From assembly GCA_944393225.1 (NCBI GenBank), contig CALXZK010000009.1, positions 2,104-66,103 of the forward strand: a DNA stretch of 64,000 bases, written 5' to 3'. The translations under genes and the position numbers were made by a program. The notes under the pieces were generated by a model. The model saw nothing but the letters and a program-made list of their open reading frames with translations. It ran no database searches and was not told the origin of the DNA. Every line of letters begins with the position of its first letter. Position 1 is the stretch's first letter. The DNA comes from an uncultured Alphaproteobacteria bacterium. GTDB lineage: Bacteria > Pseudomonadota > Alphaproteobacteria > RF32 > CAG-239. Below are positions 55,081 through 63,926 of the stretch, piece after piece.

Positions 55081-56524
55081 CTTTACTTATCTCCACTGCT
55101 TTAAAACGATAAACCTTAATGCGGTTTGACCAATATGCCGGGCTCATACCGGTTTTTATTTTTAGATTGTTCAAAAACTCTTGCGGTTTGGGATATTTTT
55201 TCCATTCTGAGGGCAAGAACACACCTTGTCTATTGCCGTCACGAATCACCAAGCCATCACTTCCAACTTGAATCTTCTTTAACAAATCGGCTTCATTTTT
55301 ATAATTAATGCGTTCAAAACCGGTTAGCAAGCTCAGGCTGATTTTGATTTGCGATAATTCATCTTTACTAATTGGGGTGAAATTTTTATCTTCCAGCGCT
55401 GCCGAATAGGCATTTTGTGCCGCAGCAAAAGCAACAGCTTCCGTAGGCAAAAGGGAGCCGGAACTTCCTCTCACTTCACCATTCTTATACAACGTAATAA
55501 ATGCGGCGCCGCGGTTGAACAAAATATCATCATAATTTTCGCGTTCCGGCTTAAAAGTTTTATGATTAACTACGGCTTCATCCAAAGAAACTTTGGCTAT
55601 TTTCAGTAAATCCATTCCATATAAATGAGCAAAGGACTTCAAGCTTTCAAGTTCTTGCTCTAAGGTGCTCAATGGTTTCTCATTTTTTAATTCGGACAAG
55701 CGATAGTTTTGTTCGGCAATATCTTCAAAATTGACTAAATCAAAAACTTTGGGATAGAGATGAGCTTTTTGCGCCAAATTTACAACTGCATCAACATTTT
55801 CTTGAGCTTTGACATTTTCGGGTTCGGTATAATAACCTGACATATCAGCCGAAAAGATAAGAAGGCTGTGTTTGTCATGAGCAAAGGGCAACAATATATT
55901 TTCAACCTCGGTAGATTTATCAGCATCATAAACCAAAGCGGCAAAATTTATTTTCTGACCAAAAATTTGATTGATGAGCGGAACCTGAGCTGATATTGCT
56001 GCAAACTTGCTTAAATCTTGGCTTGCTAATTTATGAGATGCCTTTTTTTGTAAAAACTCCGTCAATGCCGGACTGATATTTAGCGTTTTTTTATCAGCGC
56101 TTAAAGAAGCATATTTGTTTATATATATGTTGCCGGTTTGCGGTTTGTCATTCTGTGCCACCAAAATCACATTTTTTATTTTATCTTTCCATGGCAGCAA
56201 CCAAGCATAAGCTTTGGCTACGTTCTGTTCCGAATATAAATAGCCGGAATAAGGAACAACAAAAATACGCGGATTGGTTTGTGAAGCCAAAACCTTGCGT
56301 CCACTTTTGCCGTAAGGATAAAAAAAGACAGAACTTACCGGAATGCGAAATTTGTTAATATTATTATCAATAGCAATAAAATTGTTAATCCGCTCCGGAT
56401 TAGATGAAATGTGCTTGGAAAAATATAAATAATTAATCCAGCCCAAAGCAAACACCAAAAGCAGTATCAGAATTATGTTCCAAATTCTGCTTTTTGCATC
56501 TATTTCATCATCTTCATTGCTCAT
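55070..56524 (-). CDS. membrane-anchored Memo-like + AMMECR1 fusion protein, 484 aa
   Basis: N-terminal TM segment. VVPYSGYLYS and FSADMSGY are Memo-like. C-terminal AFITLYKNGEVRGSSGSL...GLVIRDGNRQGVFLPSEW is AMMECR1. Confidence 0.7.
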   Translation of the reverse strand: MSNEDDEIDAKSRIWNIILILLLVFALGWINYLYFSKHISSNPERINNFIAIDNNINKFRIPVSSVFFYPYGKSGRKVLASQTNPRIFVVPYSGYLYSEQNVAKAYAWLLPWKDKIKNVILVAQNDKPQTGNIYINKYASLSADKKTLNISPALTEFLQKKASHKLASQDLSKFAAISAQVPLINQIFGQKINFAALVYDADKSTEVENILLPFAHDKHSLLIFSADMSGYYTEPENVKAQENVDAVVNLAQKAHLYPKVFDLVNFEDIAEQNYRLSELKNEKPLSTLEQELESLKSFAHLYGMDLLKIAKVSLDEAVVNHKTFKPERENYDDILFNRGAAFITLYKNGEVRGSSGSLLPTEAVAFAAAQNAYSAALEDKNFTPISKDELSQIKISLSLLTGFERINYKNEADLLKKIQVGSDGLVIRDGNRQGVFLPSEWKKYPKPQEFLNNLKIKTGMSPAYWSNRIKVYRFKAVEISKDEN

Positions 56525-56582
56525 GGGCGAATCCTTAATTGTCTTTATTGCTCTTTTATACTTCAGACTCTTTAACTTTTCC

Positions 56583-57269
56583 CTAATTTGCTAAATTTTG
56601 TAATGTGTTAAAAAACTCTTCAAAAGAAGAAAAATGCAAAACGCCTGATGGTAAGGTCTTAAGGTTGCCCCAAATGGAGTTTCCTATTCTGATGGGATAA
56701 GCTTTGGCAGCTAAAGCGCAATCGCTGTCCATATCACTATCCCCCACGACCCACACTTTCTCGGGACTAAAATCTTTTGGTTCAAGCCAGTCTTTTAAGG
56801 CAAACCATGCTTGCTCGGGATATGGCTTGTCTTTTGGGGCTTCATGTCCGGCTACTATCCTATCAAACAAAGACTTATCAAACAGCAGAGGCAATTCAAA
56901 ATCCAACAATTTACGGTCTTTGTTGGTTAAAATGACAATTTTTTTACCCTGCGCTTTCAAAAATTCTAATGTTTCTTTCACTTTGGGAAATGTGGTCAGC
57001 ATATGAACAACATTTTTCTTATAAAGTTCGGCATATTCTTGATAAGCCTGTTGAGCCAACTCTTTTCCAAAAACATTAGGAAAATTGTCACGAAAAGATA
57101 AATTGGGATCTCGTTTTGCTTTTTGATGTTCCCAATCTGCCAAATTATATTTTTTTAAGATTTCATTGACCGTTGTCACCAAGCAGGTGCGGCTTTCCGC
57201 CAAAGTATTATCCCAATCAAACAAAATATATTCAACTTGTTGTAAATTAAGCATTTTCTCTTCTCTCAA
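56583..57269 (-). CDS. HAD-superfamily hydrolase (phosphoglycolate phosphatase-like), 228 aa
   Basis: ILFDWDNTL (DxD), ILTNK and VGDSDMD. Confidence 0.8.
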   Translation of the reverse strand: MREEKMLNLQQVEYILFDWDNTLAESRTCLVTTVNEILKKYNLADWEHQKAKRDPNLSFRDNFPNVFGKELAQQAYQEYAELYKKNVVHMLTTFPKVKETLEFLKAQGKKIVILTNKDRKLLDFELPLLFDKSLFDRIVAGHEAPKDKPYPEQAWFALKDWLEPKDFSPEKVWVVGDSDMDSDCALAAKAYPIRIGNSIWGNLKTLPSGVLHFSSFEEFFNTLQNLAN

Positions 57270-57317
57270 GACAGCAAAAAAGCGCCCTTACGGACGCTTT
57301 CTGCCATACAATAACAA

Positions 57318-58604
57318 TTATGCGTTTTTACCGATTTTGGCAACGCCACCCATATACGGGCGCAATTTTTCAGGAATGTTAACGGTACCATCGGCATTTT
57401 GGTGATTTTCAATAAACGGAACCAAAGCGCGCGGGGTGGCAATTCCGGTATTGTTCAAAGTGTGAACAAACTTAACTTTGCCATCGGCATTGTCGCGATA
57501 ACGCAAGTTGGTGCGGCGAGCTTGCCATTCGGTAATGTTGGAGCAAGAGTGGGTTTCACGATAGCAATTTTGAGACGGAACCCAAGCTTCCAAGTCATAT
57601 TGACGATATTTCGGAGCGCCCATATCACCGGTGCAAACTTCCAAAACTTGATAAGGCAATTCCAAATCTTGCAAAACTTCTTCAGAAATTTGCAACAATT
57701 TCTTGTGCCATTTTTCACTTTCGGCAACATCATTTTTGCAAATGACGAATTGTTCGGTTTTCATAAATTGGTGAACACGAACCAAGCCTCTGGTATCTTT
57801 TCCGGCAGCACCGGCTTCACGACGGAAGCAAGGAGAAAATCCGGCATAGAGAATCGGGAGTTCATTTTCTTGCAAAATTTCATCAGCGCGCAAAGAGTTC
57901 AAAATCAACTCTGCGGTACCGGACAAATACAAATCATCTGCCGGCATATAGTAAACTTCATCGCGAGAGAACGGCAAATAGCCTTGACCGTACAAGGGTT
58001 TCTCTTTAGAAATTGACGGAACGGTAATTACGGTAAAACCGTTGGCGCGCAATTTATCCAAAACCATCATGTGCATAGCCAATTCCAATTTTGCCAAATC
58101 GTTCTTAATGGCATAGGTACGAGAACCGGAAACTTTGGCAATTCGTTCCATTTCTGACCAATCATTCAATTCCATTAATTCGATATGGTCACGCGGGGTA
58201 AAATCAAACTTCGGCAATTCACCGACTTTACGACGAACAACGTTTTCAGAATCGTCTTTTCCAACCGGGCTTTCAGGGCTGGGCATATTGGGCATGCGCC
58301 ACATAACCATATCAAACTTTTCTTGTTCGGCAGCAAGTTTTTCTTGTTCAACTTTTAATTCTTCGCCAATTTGCTTACTTTTAGCGATGATAGCCGGACG
58401 TTCCTCAGCGGAAGCGGATTTGATTGAGTTACTGAGTTTGTTTTTTTCTTCGGACAGAGCTTGGGATGAGGTTTTTAATTTGTTTATGTCTTTGTAAAGC
58501 GCAATCAACGCATCAATATCAATATCTTCTTTGGTGTATCCTTTTTTGGCCAATCCTTCTTTAATGATATCCGGATTTTCGGCAATATATTTAATATCTA
58601 ACAT
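57318..58604 (-). CDS. serS: seryl-tRNA synthetase
   Basis: N-terminal coiled-coil arm, class II motifs (FRREAGAAGKDTRGLVRVHQF) and GIATPRALV. Confidence 0.96.
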   Translation of the reverse strand: MLDIKYIAENPDIIKEGLAKKGYTKEDIDIDALIALYKDINKLKTSSQALSEEKNKLSNSIKSASAEERPAIIAKSKQIGEELKVEQEKLAAEQEKFDMVMWRMPNMPSPESPVGKDDSENVVRRKVGELPKFDFTPRDHIELMELNDWSEMERIAKVSGSRTYAIKNDLAKLELAMHMMVLDKLRANGFTVITVPSISKEKPLYGQGYLPFSRDEVYYMPADDLYLSGTAELILNSLRADEILQENELPILYAGFSPCFRREAGAAGKDTRGLVRVHQFMKTEQFVICKNDVAESEKWHKKLLQISEEVLQDLELPYQVLEVCTGDMGAPKYRQYDLEAWVPSQNCYRETHSCSNITEWQARRTNLRYRDNADGKVKFVHTLNNTGIATPRALVPFIENHQNADGTVNIPEKLRPYMGGVAKIGKNA

Positions 58605-58691
58605 TATTTTCTGTCCTATTTATTTTGTTATTTAACTCAAACAGGCACAGAATAACAATTTTTGAAATAAAAACAACAGAAATTTGCATTT

Positions 58692-58739
58692 AAAAAACAG
58701 AAAAACCTTTGACAGCATCAAGCTATCAAAGGTTTTTTT
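58692..58739 (-). terminator. rho-independent terminator after the Glu/Arg-repeat gene
   Basis: AACCTTTGA...TCAAAGGTT stem with a T-tract on the minus strand. Begins 4 nt past the stop at 58743. Confidence 0.7.
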
Positions 58740-58742
58740 GCA

Positions 58743-59573
58743 TTACCAGCCACCGTCATCCTCATCATCACCATTATCATCACTCTGATCATAATAATCA
58801 TCATTGTCATAATCCTGATCATCGTCGGGATCATTATTATCCCAAGGATCATCATTATTATCCCAAGGATCATCATTATAGTCCCCAGAATTCTCGTGAT
58901 AATCATCAAATAGACTGTGACTTTCTTCCTGATGTTCGTCATAGTAACGATCATCATGGTCTCGCCGGTCATCTTCTTCCTCTTCGCGTTCTCTTTCTTC
59001 GCGTTCCCAGCGTTCATGTTCTTCTTCCTCTTCGCGTTCACGTTCTTCACGTTCATATCGATCACGTTCTTCTTGTTCTTCACGTTCTCTCTCTTCACGT
59101 TCCCAACGTTCACGCTCTTCCTGCTCTTCCCGCTCTTTTTCTTCACGTTCCAATCGATCGCGTTCTTCTTGTTCTTCACGTTCTCTCTCTTCACGTTCCA
59201 ACCGATCGCGTTCTTCTTGTTCTTCTCGCTCTTGGCGCTCACGTTCTTCTCGTTCAAGCCGTTCAAGCTCTTCACGATACTCTCGCTCCTGACGCTCACG
59301 TTCTTCTCGTTCCTTACGTAAACTTTCAGAATGATAACGCCTTTCTTCAGCTTGCCGATATTCTTCATAGTCATGAGCTTTGGTTTCATCCAAAAAGCCA
59401 TCATCTTCAGATGAAGAAGGGGTTTGCTTAGGAGTTGGAGCTTCATCTTCATTGAAGTATCCGTTACCGTAACCAAAAGCATTCGAACAAGGGCACAATC
59501 CTCTGCGGCGCAGGACGCTTACTCTTTGCCCCATGGCTAAGCAGTAGCCATTATAAATTTTTCCACAATTCAT
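58743..59573 (-). CDS. Glu/Arg-repeat (ER/K-type charged helix-like) protein with Cys-containing N-terminus and poly-acidic tail, 276 aa
   Basis: This is the only one of four overlapping frames with a non-repetitive N-terminus (MNCGKIYNGYCLAMGQRVSVLRRRGLCPCSN) and a matching downstream terminator. The core is about 6 x 16-aa units of REEREREEQEERDR[LWY]E. Confidence 0.6.
   Translation of the reverse strand: MNCGKIYNGYCLAMGQRVSVLRRRGLCPCSNAFGYGNGYFNEDEAPTPKQTPSSSEDDGFLDETKAHDYEEYRQAEERRYHSESLRKEREERERQEREYREELERLEREERERQEREEQEERDRLEREEREREEQEERDRLEREEKEREEQEERERWEREEREREEQEERDRYEREEREREEEEEHERWEREEREREEEEDDRRDHDDRYYDEHQEESHSLFDDYHENSGDYNDDPWDNNDDPWDNNDPDDDQDYDNDDYYDQSDDNGDDEDDGGW
58975..59300 (-). 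repeat. 48-nt tandem coding repeats (alternating variants, 96-nt super-period)
   Basis: For example, CGATC[A/G]CGTTCTTCTTGTTCTTCACGTTCTCTCTCTTCACGTTCC recurs at ~59058 and ~59154. Confidence 0.8.
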
Positions 59574-59743
59574 CTAAGATAATTTTAGTTAATAATTTTT
59601 TTGTGATAAATATTATAACATCTATCCAATATTATGGCAACCTTAAATAAAAAATTTCTTTTTTCCTGCTTATCTCTTGATTTTATCAGCGCTTTAGGCT
59701 ATTTTATTGCCAATTTGTAAAGATTATACATACGGAGAATTTT

Positions 59744-60760
59744 ATGTTTGAAAACAAAACTGTTTTAACCGGTGTTAAACCGACCGGAAAGCCGCATCTC
59801 GGCAACTATCTCGGCGCAATCAAACCAGCAATTGAACTGGGCAAACAAGCCTTGGCTCAAGGCGGCAAACATTATATGTTTATTGCCGATTATCACGCCA
59901 TTAATGCTGAGAAGAATCCTGCCGTTTTGAACGAAATGACCAAAGAAATTGCCTGCATTTATTTGGCTTGCGGCTTGGACCCGAAAAAATCTTATTTCTA
60001 TCGTCAATCCGATATTCCCGAAATTCCGGAAATCACAACCATTTTGTATGCATACACACCCAAAGGTTTTATGAACAAAGCACACGCATACAAAGCTGCC
60101 GTTGATAAAAACCGCGAAGCAGGCAAACCTGATGACGATGGTATCAACATGGGGCTTTATACCTACCCTACTCTGATGGCTGCCGATATTTTGGCTTATG
60201 ATTCCGATATTGTACCGGTGGGCAAAGACCAAGTTCAACATGTGGAAATCGCCCGCGATATTGCCGGCGCCATCAATGCACATTATGGCAAAGAGCTCTT
60301 GAAATTGCCGACTTATCGTTTTGATGAAAATGTGGCTGTTGTTGCCGGTATTGACGGTCGCAAGATGAGCAAATCTTATGGCAACGTCATTCCTTTGTTT
60401 GAAGATGATAAGGCAATCAAAAAAGCAATTTTCTCTATTAAGACCGACTCTCGCCCGATGGAAGAACCTAAGAATCCGGATGAAATTTTGGTTTATGAAA
60501 TTTATAAATCAATTGCCACACCGGAACAACTTCAAGAAATGGGAGATGGTTTGCGCCAAGGTAAACTCGGTTACGGTCACATCAAAAATATGTTGCTTGA
60601 TGCGGTTGTCAATGAAATCAAAGACGCAAGAGAAAAATATAATTACTATATGACGCACTTCAACGAAGTGGAAGAAATGTTGTTGGAAGGTGCCGAAAAA
60701 GCACGCCCTGTTGCCAAAGCAACTTTGAAACGTCTTAAAGACGCTGTCTTTGGTCGTTAA
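59744..60760 (+). CDS. trpS: tryptophanyl-tRNA synthetase
   Basis: GKPHLGNYLGA (HIGH) and KMSKSYGN (KMSKS). Length is 338 aa. Confidence 0.95.
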   Translation: MFENKTVLTGVKPTGKPHLGNYLGAIKPAIELGKQALAQGGKHYMFIADYHAINAEKNPAVLNEMTKEIACIYLACGLDPKKSYFYRQSDIPEIPEITTILYAYTPKGFMNKAHAYKAAVDKNREAGKPDDDGINMGLYTYPTLMAADILAYDSDIVPVGKDQVQHVEIARDIAGAINAHYGKELLKLPTYRFDENVAVVAGIDGRKMSKSYGNVIPLFEDDKAIKKAIFSIKTDSRPMEEPKNPDEILVYEIYKSIATPEQLQEMGDGLRQGKLGYGHIKNMLLDAVVNEIKDAREKYNYYMTHFNEVEEMLLEGAEKARPVAKATLKRLKDAVFGR

Positions 60761-60781
60761 TTTTAGATTTTTTCTAATGCT

Positions 60782-60808
60782 AAAGCCCTCATTTGAGGGC
60801 TTTTTTGT
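60782..60808 (+). terminator. rho-independent terminator of trpS
   Basis: AAGCCCTCA-TT-TGAGGGCTT followed by TTTT. Confidence 0.8.
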
Positions 60809-60889
60809 TGGAATAAAAAAATTTTTTATCAAAAGGCAAAAATTATACTTGATTTTTATGATAATTGTTTGTATGTTTCTTTCGTTGTC

Positions 60890-60964
60890 GCCGCTGTAGC
60901 TCAGTGGTAGAGCACGTCATTGGTAATGACGGGGTCGCAAGTCCGATTCTTGCCAGCGGCACCA
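60890..60964 (+). tRNA. tRNA-Thr, anticodon GGU, encoded CCA
   Basis: Acceptor GCCGCTG/CAGCGGC. D arm GCTC-AGTGGTA-GAGC. Anticodon stem CGTCA/TGACG with loop TTGGTAA. T arm GCAAG-TCCGATT-CTTGC. Ends ACCA. Confidence 0.92.
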
Positions 60965-60966
60965 TT
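60947..60966. repeat. 20-nt direct repeat TTCTTGCCAGCGGCACCATT, copy 1 (3' end of tRNA-Thr)
   Basis: Exact second copy at 61173-61192. Confidence 0.85.
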
Positions 60967-61005
60967 AAAACACAAAAGCGCCCTTTTGGGGCGTTTTTGT
61001 GTTTT
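60967..61005 (+). terminator. long hairpin terminator directly after tRNA-Thr
   Basis: AAAACACAAAAGCGCCC...GGGCGTTTTTGTGTTTT, a near-perfect 17-bp stem. Confidence 0.7.
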
Positions 61006-61172
61006 AAAAGTATTGTTAGTGAGTAATCGGCCTTGCGGGGGCAAGAGCAAGTCCGGAGCGGATAGTTGGCGAAAACGAGAGTTGAGCTTTAGCGAATAGC
61101 TTAGCGCAACACGAAGTTTGAGGCTTACGGCGCGAAAGGGGCCCGTTGGCTTAATGCCAATGGGAATTTACC

Positions 61173-61192
61173 TTCTTGCCAGCGGCACCATT
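61173..61192. repeat. 20-nt direct repeat, copy 2 (orphan tRNA-Thr 3' fragment, att-like scar)
   Basis: Identical to 60947-60966. No upstream tRNA body. Confidence 0.85.
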
Positions 61193-61201
61193 TTTGATTA
61201 T

Positions 61202-61224
61202 GCACCGTTAAAGGTGCTTTTTTT
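61202..61224 (+). terminator. rho-independent terminator after the orphan tRNA 3' fragment
   Basis: GCACC-GTTAAA-GGTGC followed by TTTTTTT. Confidence 0.7.
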
Positions 61225-61432
61225 GTATGTATTCTAAGCCTTTGAATCAGTCCGAAACTTCTCTTAGCTTTGCGAGGGAGGAACGACCGCGGCAAAGGTT
61301 AGTTATTCGCGCAAGTAAGAAAGCTTTAGCTTTCTGTAGCGGCGCATTTTGAGGATTTTGAAATTAGCGATTTTTGATGATTTATCGGACTTTTTATGTG
61401 AAAATAAAGATATTTATTCCTTGTTATATAAA

Positions 61433-61464
61433 TAAAAAAAACAGCACCTTTTTGAGATGCTGTT
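61433..61464 (-). terminator. rho-independent terminator of ORF 61480-62118
   Basis: ACAGCA...TGCTGT stem with a T8 tract on the minus strand. Confidence 0.65.
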
Positions 61465-61479
61465 TTGTGTTAGATTTCG

Positions 61480-62118
61480 TTACTGTACCTCAACCTCAGA
61501 AAAGATGTCATAGTAAAACAAGTCTTCTCCGAAGTACTCTTTTAAGATATCATCCTCAGCGTAGCTCACTTCGACAATTTTGTTGCCACATAATGCAGCA
61601 ATTAACTTGTCTTTGAGGATTTTATCTGTTGCTTCAGCATCCATATCCGAAGGCAGCCAATATTCCTCTTGCAAATTTGCAATTGTCTTTGCAAATTTAC
61701 ATTTGTTAAAAGTCCAAACGTAATTGAACTTTTCGGGGCAACTGCTTCCGTCAGAGTTTTGACATATTACGCGCCAACATATTCCTTCGCGCATAACTTC
61801 GGCTTCGTCTTCATCCGGATAATTTACGGCTTCACTAGGGTCAATTCTCTGAACTGCTCCAATGAGGTGGATAATACTAACTTCCCCCCATCGATGCGAA
61901 ACAGCAATATAGCCGTCATAATGTTCATTGGGCTTGAGCCGATTTGAACTACCATAGATTGCAAGCAGCTCATCAAAACTCGCATTATAGCTTTCAAAAG
62001 CCATTGCTTGTTCATAGGTAAGCTTTACAGCTTTAAACTCTGAACCTCTTGGCGTTTTTGCTATCATGTCCTCCAATGCTGATACTGAAATTTTCAGATT
62101 TTTTTTTATTCTGTTCAT
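61480..62118 (-). CDS. hypothetical protein, 212 aa
   Basis: ORF with a downstream terminator. No motif recognised. Confidence 0.5.
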   Translation of the reverse strand: MNRIKKNLKISVSALEDMIAKTPRGSEFKAVKLTYEQAMAFESYNASFDELLAIYGSSNRLKPNEHYDGYIAVSHRWGEVSIIHLIGAVQRIDPSEAVNYPDEDEAEVMREGICWRVICQNSDGSSCPEKFNYVWTFNKCKFAKTIANLQEEYWLPSDMDAEATDKILKDKLIAALCGNKIVEVSYAEDDILKEYFGEDLFYYDIFSEVEVQ

Positions 62119-62373
62119 AATTATATCTTATTAATATGTTTATAAGGAAATTATATCATATTTTGAATAAGTATACAACACAAAATTTAGACAAAATTGC
62201 ATTTTTCATTCATTTTCTTACTCAAAAGCTTAAAATCATCATAGACATTAGTCCGATAATTGCTTTTGTTTTGCTCCATAAAAAAGCTCTTTCGCGTGAT
62301 TTTATTTATATTGACCTTGACAAGAAGGATATAAAGACAAACAATAATCGCATTGTTAAAGGAAAGTGCTTTT

Positions 62374-63143
62374 ATGAAAAAGATTTATTCTCTGTTTTTT
62401 TTGATGTTTTGGGTTGTGGCTTGCGATATGAATAAGCAAGAAAATTTGCTTGTTGGGCATTGGGTAGAAATCATGCCGGTTAATAAACAGATTGTGCAAG
62501 GAATCAATTTGAATGCGGACGGAAGCGCCTCTTCTGTCGGCATGGAAACATTAAAATATAAAAGCTGGGAACAAAAAGATAAGCAACTCATTTTGCATGG
62601 AATGAGCATCGGAAATGGTCAAACAATCGATTTTACCGAAACTCTGGATATTGTTGAAATCACGCCTTATCGTATGAATTGGGCAAGTTTGGACAGTATC
62701 AAGTTGACTATTATCGCGTAGATAAAAATCCTGATATTCAAGATATGAATGATTTGCCTAATTTACTGCAAAAATTTGAAGGCTGCGGTGAATTGCAAAC
62801 GCGCGTATTTGAAGGAACTTTGCCAGCGGCATCAAATCCGGGGATTGTTTACAATATAACATTATATAACTACAAAAACAGCGGTGATGGTATTTTCAAA
62901 GCAAAATTGACATATTTGGAAGCAGAACAAGGAAAAGATATTGCTTTTGAATTTGGCGGCAGACAATTTACCTTAAAAGGCAGCGCCGAAGATAAAAATG
63001 CAACTGTTCTGCAATTTATTCCTTTCAACAATCAAGAAGAAACCATGAACTTTTTATATCAAGACAACAAATTGATTATGCTTGATAAAGACATGAAAAG
63101 AATTCAAAGCAAATTAAATTATACTTTGACGAAAAAAGAATAA
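62374..63143 (+). pseudogene. frameshifted lipoprotein gene (lipocalin-like N-domain + NlpE_N-like C-domain)
   Basis: ORF A (MKKIYSLFFLMFWVVACD, lipobox) ends at 62721. ORF B is in another frame, open from 62658, with no ATG or signal peptide. It carries the NlpE_N-like motif FEGTLPAASNPGIVYNITLY. The two frames overlap at 62658-62721. Confidence 0.45.
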
Positions 63144-63347
63144 TTCAAGTTGTTCTATTGAGATTTGCCTGTTGACAGCAATAACAATTGTAATATAAAT
63201 AAAACCCTTATTTTAGTTATTCGGTTCTATTATTTTGTCAGGCAATTTTCATATTTCTTTTGAAAAATGATTAATTCAAAATAACGGAGCTTTTTATTTA
63301 TCAAAATGAAAGATTGTCTGGTCTTTTGTTTTAAAATTTTTAACAAT

Positions 63348-63869
63348 ATGAAAAAATTTGTATTATTTTTCGTTGGCATTATTTTAGTGCTGTTTTCAAC
63401 TTCTGCTTCTGCCAGACCTTATGACCCGATTTGGATTGGTGATGAATATGTTTTTAAATGGACGGGAAATGAATTGTTACTTATGAAGTTTGCCGACATG
63501 GTTGATGAGCAAGAAACAGTAGAATATGACGGGAGCATTATGCAAAAAGGAATGCCCGTTCTCCCCGAAGTAACCGTATTTTCGGCTCGGGCTTGGGATG
63601 TTGATGAAAGTTATAGTATCGGAGAAAGCGCCAGCGGAATGCGTCCTGCCCAATATATTTCTTGCGCTCCCGGTCTATATAAGGAAGTGAATCAGATTCT
63701 TTCCGTCAGTTATGTTTCCGAACAAGATAAAACAGCCGTGGTTTATTTGACTTTTGATTTGACTATCGAGAAAGGAAAAATGACACTGGTGATAAAAAAA
63801 ATAGTATATCGTGACGGTAAAGAAGAATCTGAAAACGATATATTGCAAAGAGTTTATCTCACCAGATAA
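63348..63869 (+). CDS. secreted hypothetical protein, 173 aa
   Basis: Start moved to MKKFVLFFVGIILVLFSTSASA (signal peptide). Confidence 0.5.
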   Translation: MKKFVLFFVGIILVLFSTSASARPYDPIWIGDEYVFKWTGNELLLMKFADMVDEQETVEYDGSIMQKGMPVLPEVTVFSARAWDVDESYSIGESASGMRPAQYISCAPGLYKEVNQILSVSYVSEQDKTAVVYLTFDLTIEKGKMTLVIKKIVYRDGKEESENDILQRVYLTR

Positions 63870-63884
63870 AAGATGCCAAACAAA

Positions 63885-63926
63885 AACCCTCGTTGAGAAA
63901 AAGCTCTGCGAGGGTTTTGTTTTTTA
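63885..63926 (+). terminator. rho-independent terminator
   Basis: AACCCTCG...CGAGGGTT stem followed by TTGTTTTTT. Confidence 0.7.

Noticed and set aside
58709-59482. Three alternative long ORFs (58709-59431 +, 58718-59482 -, 58917-59321 +) over the Glu/Arg repeat
   Set aside because: Repeat periodicity keeps all frames open. These frames give His/Leu/Val or Lys/Asn/Met-rich nonsense with no unique termini. The terminator position matches only the 58743-59573 minus-strand frame.
61006-61192. Possibility that the GC-rich insert ending in ...GCCAGCGGCACCA is a tmRNA, a two-piece tmRNA acceptor piece, or a second tRNA
   Set aside because: There is no T-loop (TTCGA/TTCAA) before the acceptor strand. 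The acceptor would pair as G-C, C-G, C-G with no G-U alanine identity pair. I found no convincing tag ORF ending in a hydrophobic ...AA stop. The only anticodon-like hairpin has a 5-nt loop. An att-type duplication explains it better.
62820-62834. 12-nt match (TTGCCAGCGGCA) to the tRNA-Thr att repeat inside the NlpE-like ORF
   Set aside because: It lies in frame in coding sequence (LPAAS) and diverges after 12 nt. It is too short and lacks the CCA context, so I treat it as coincidence.
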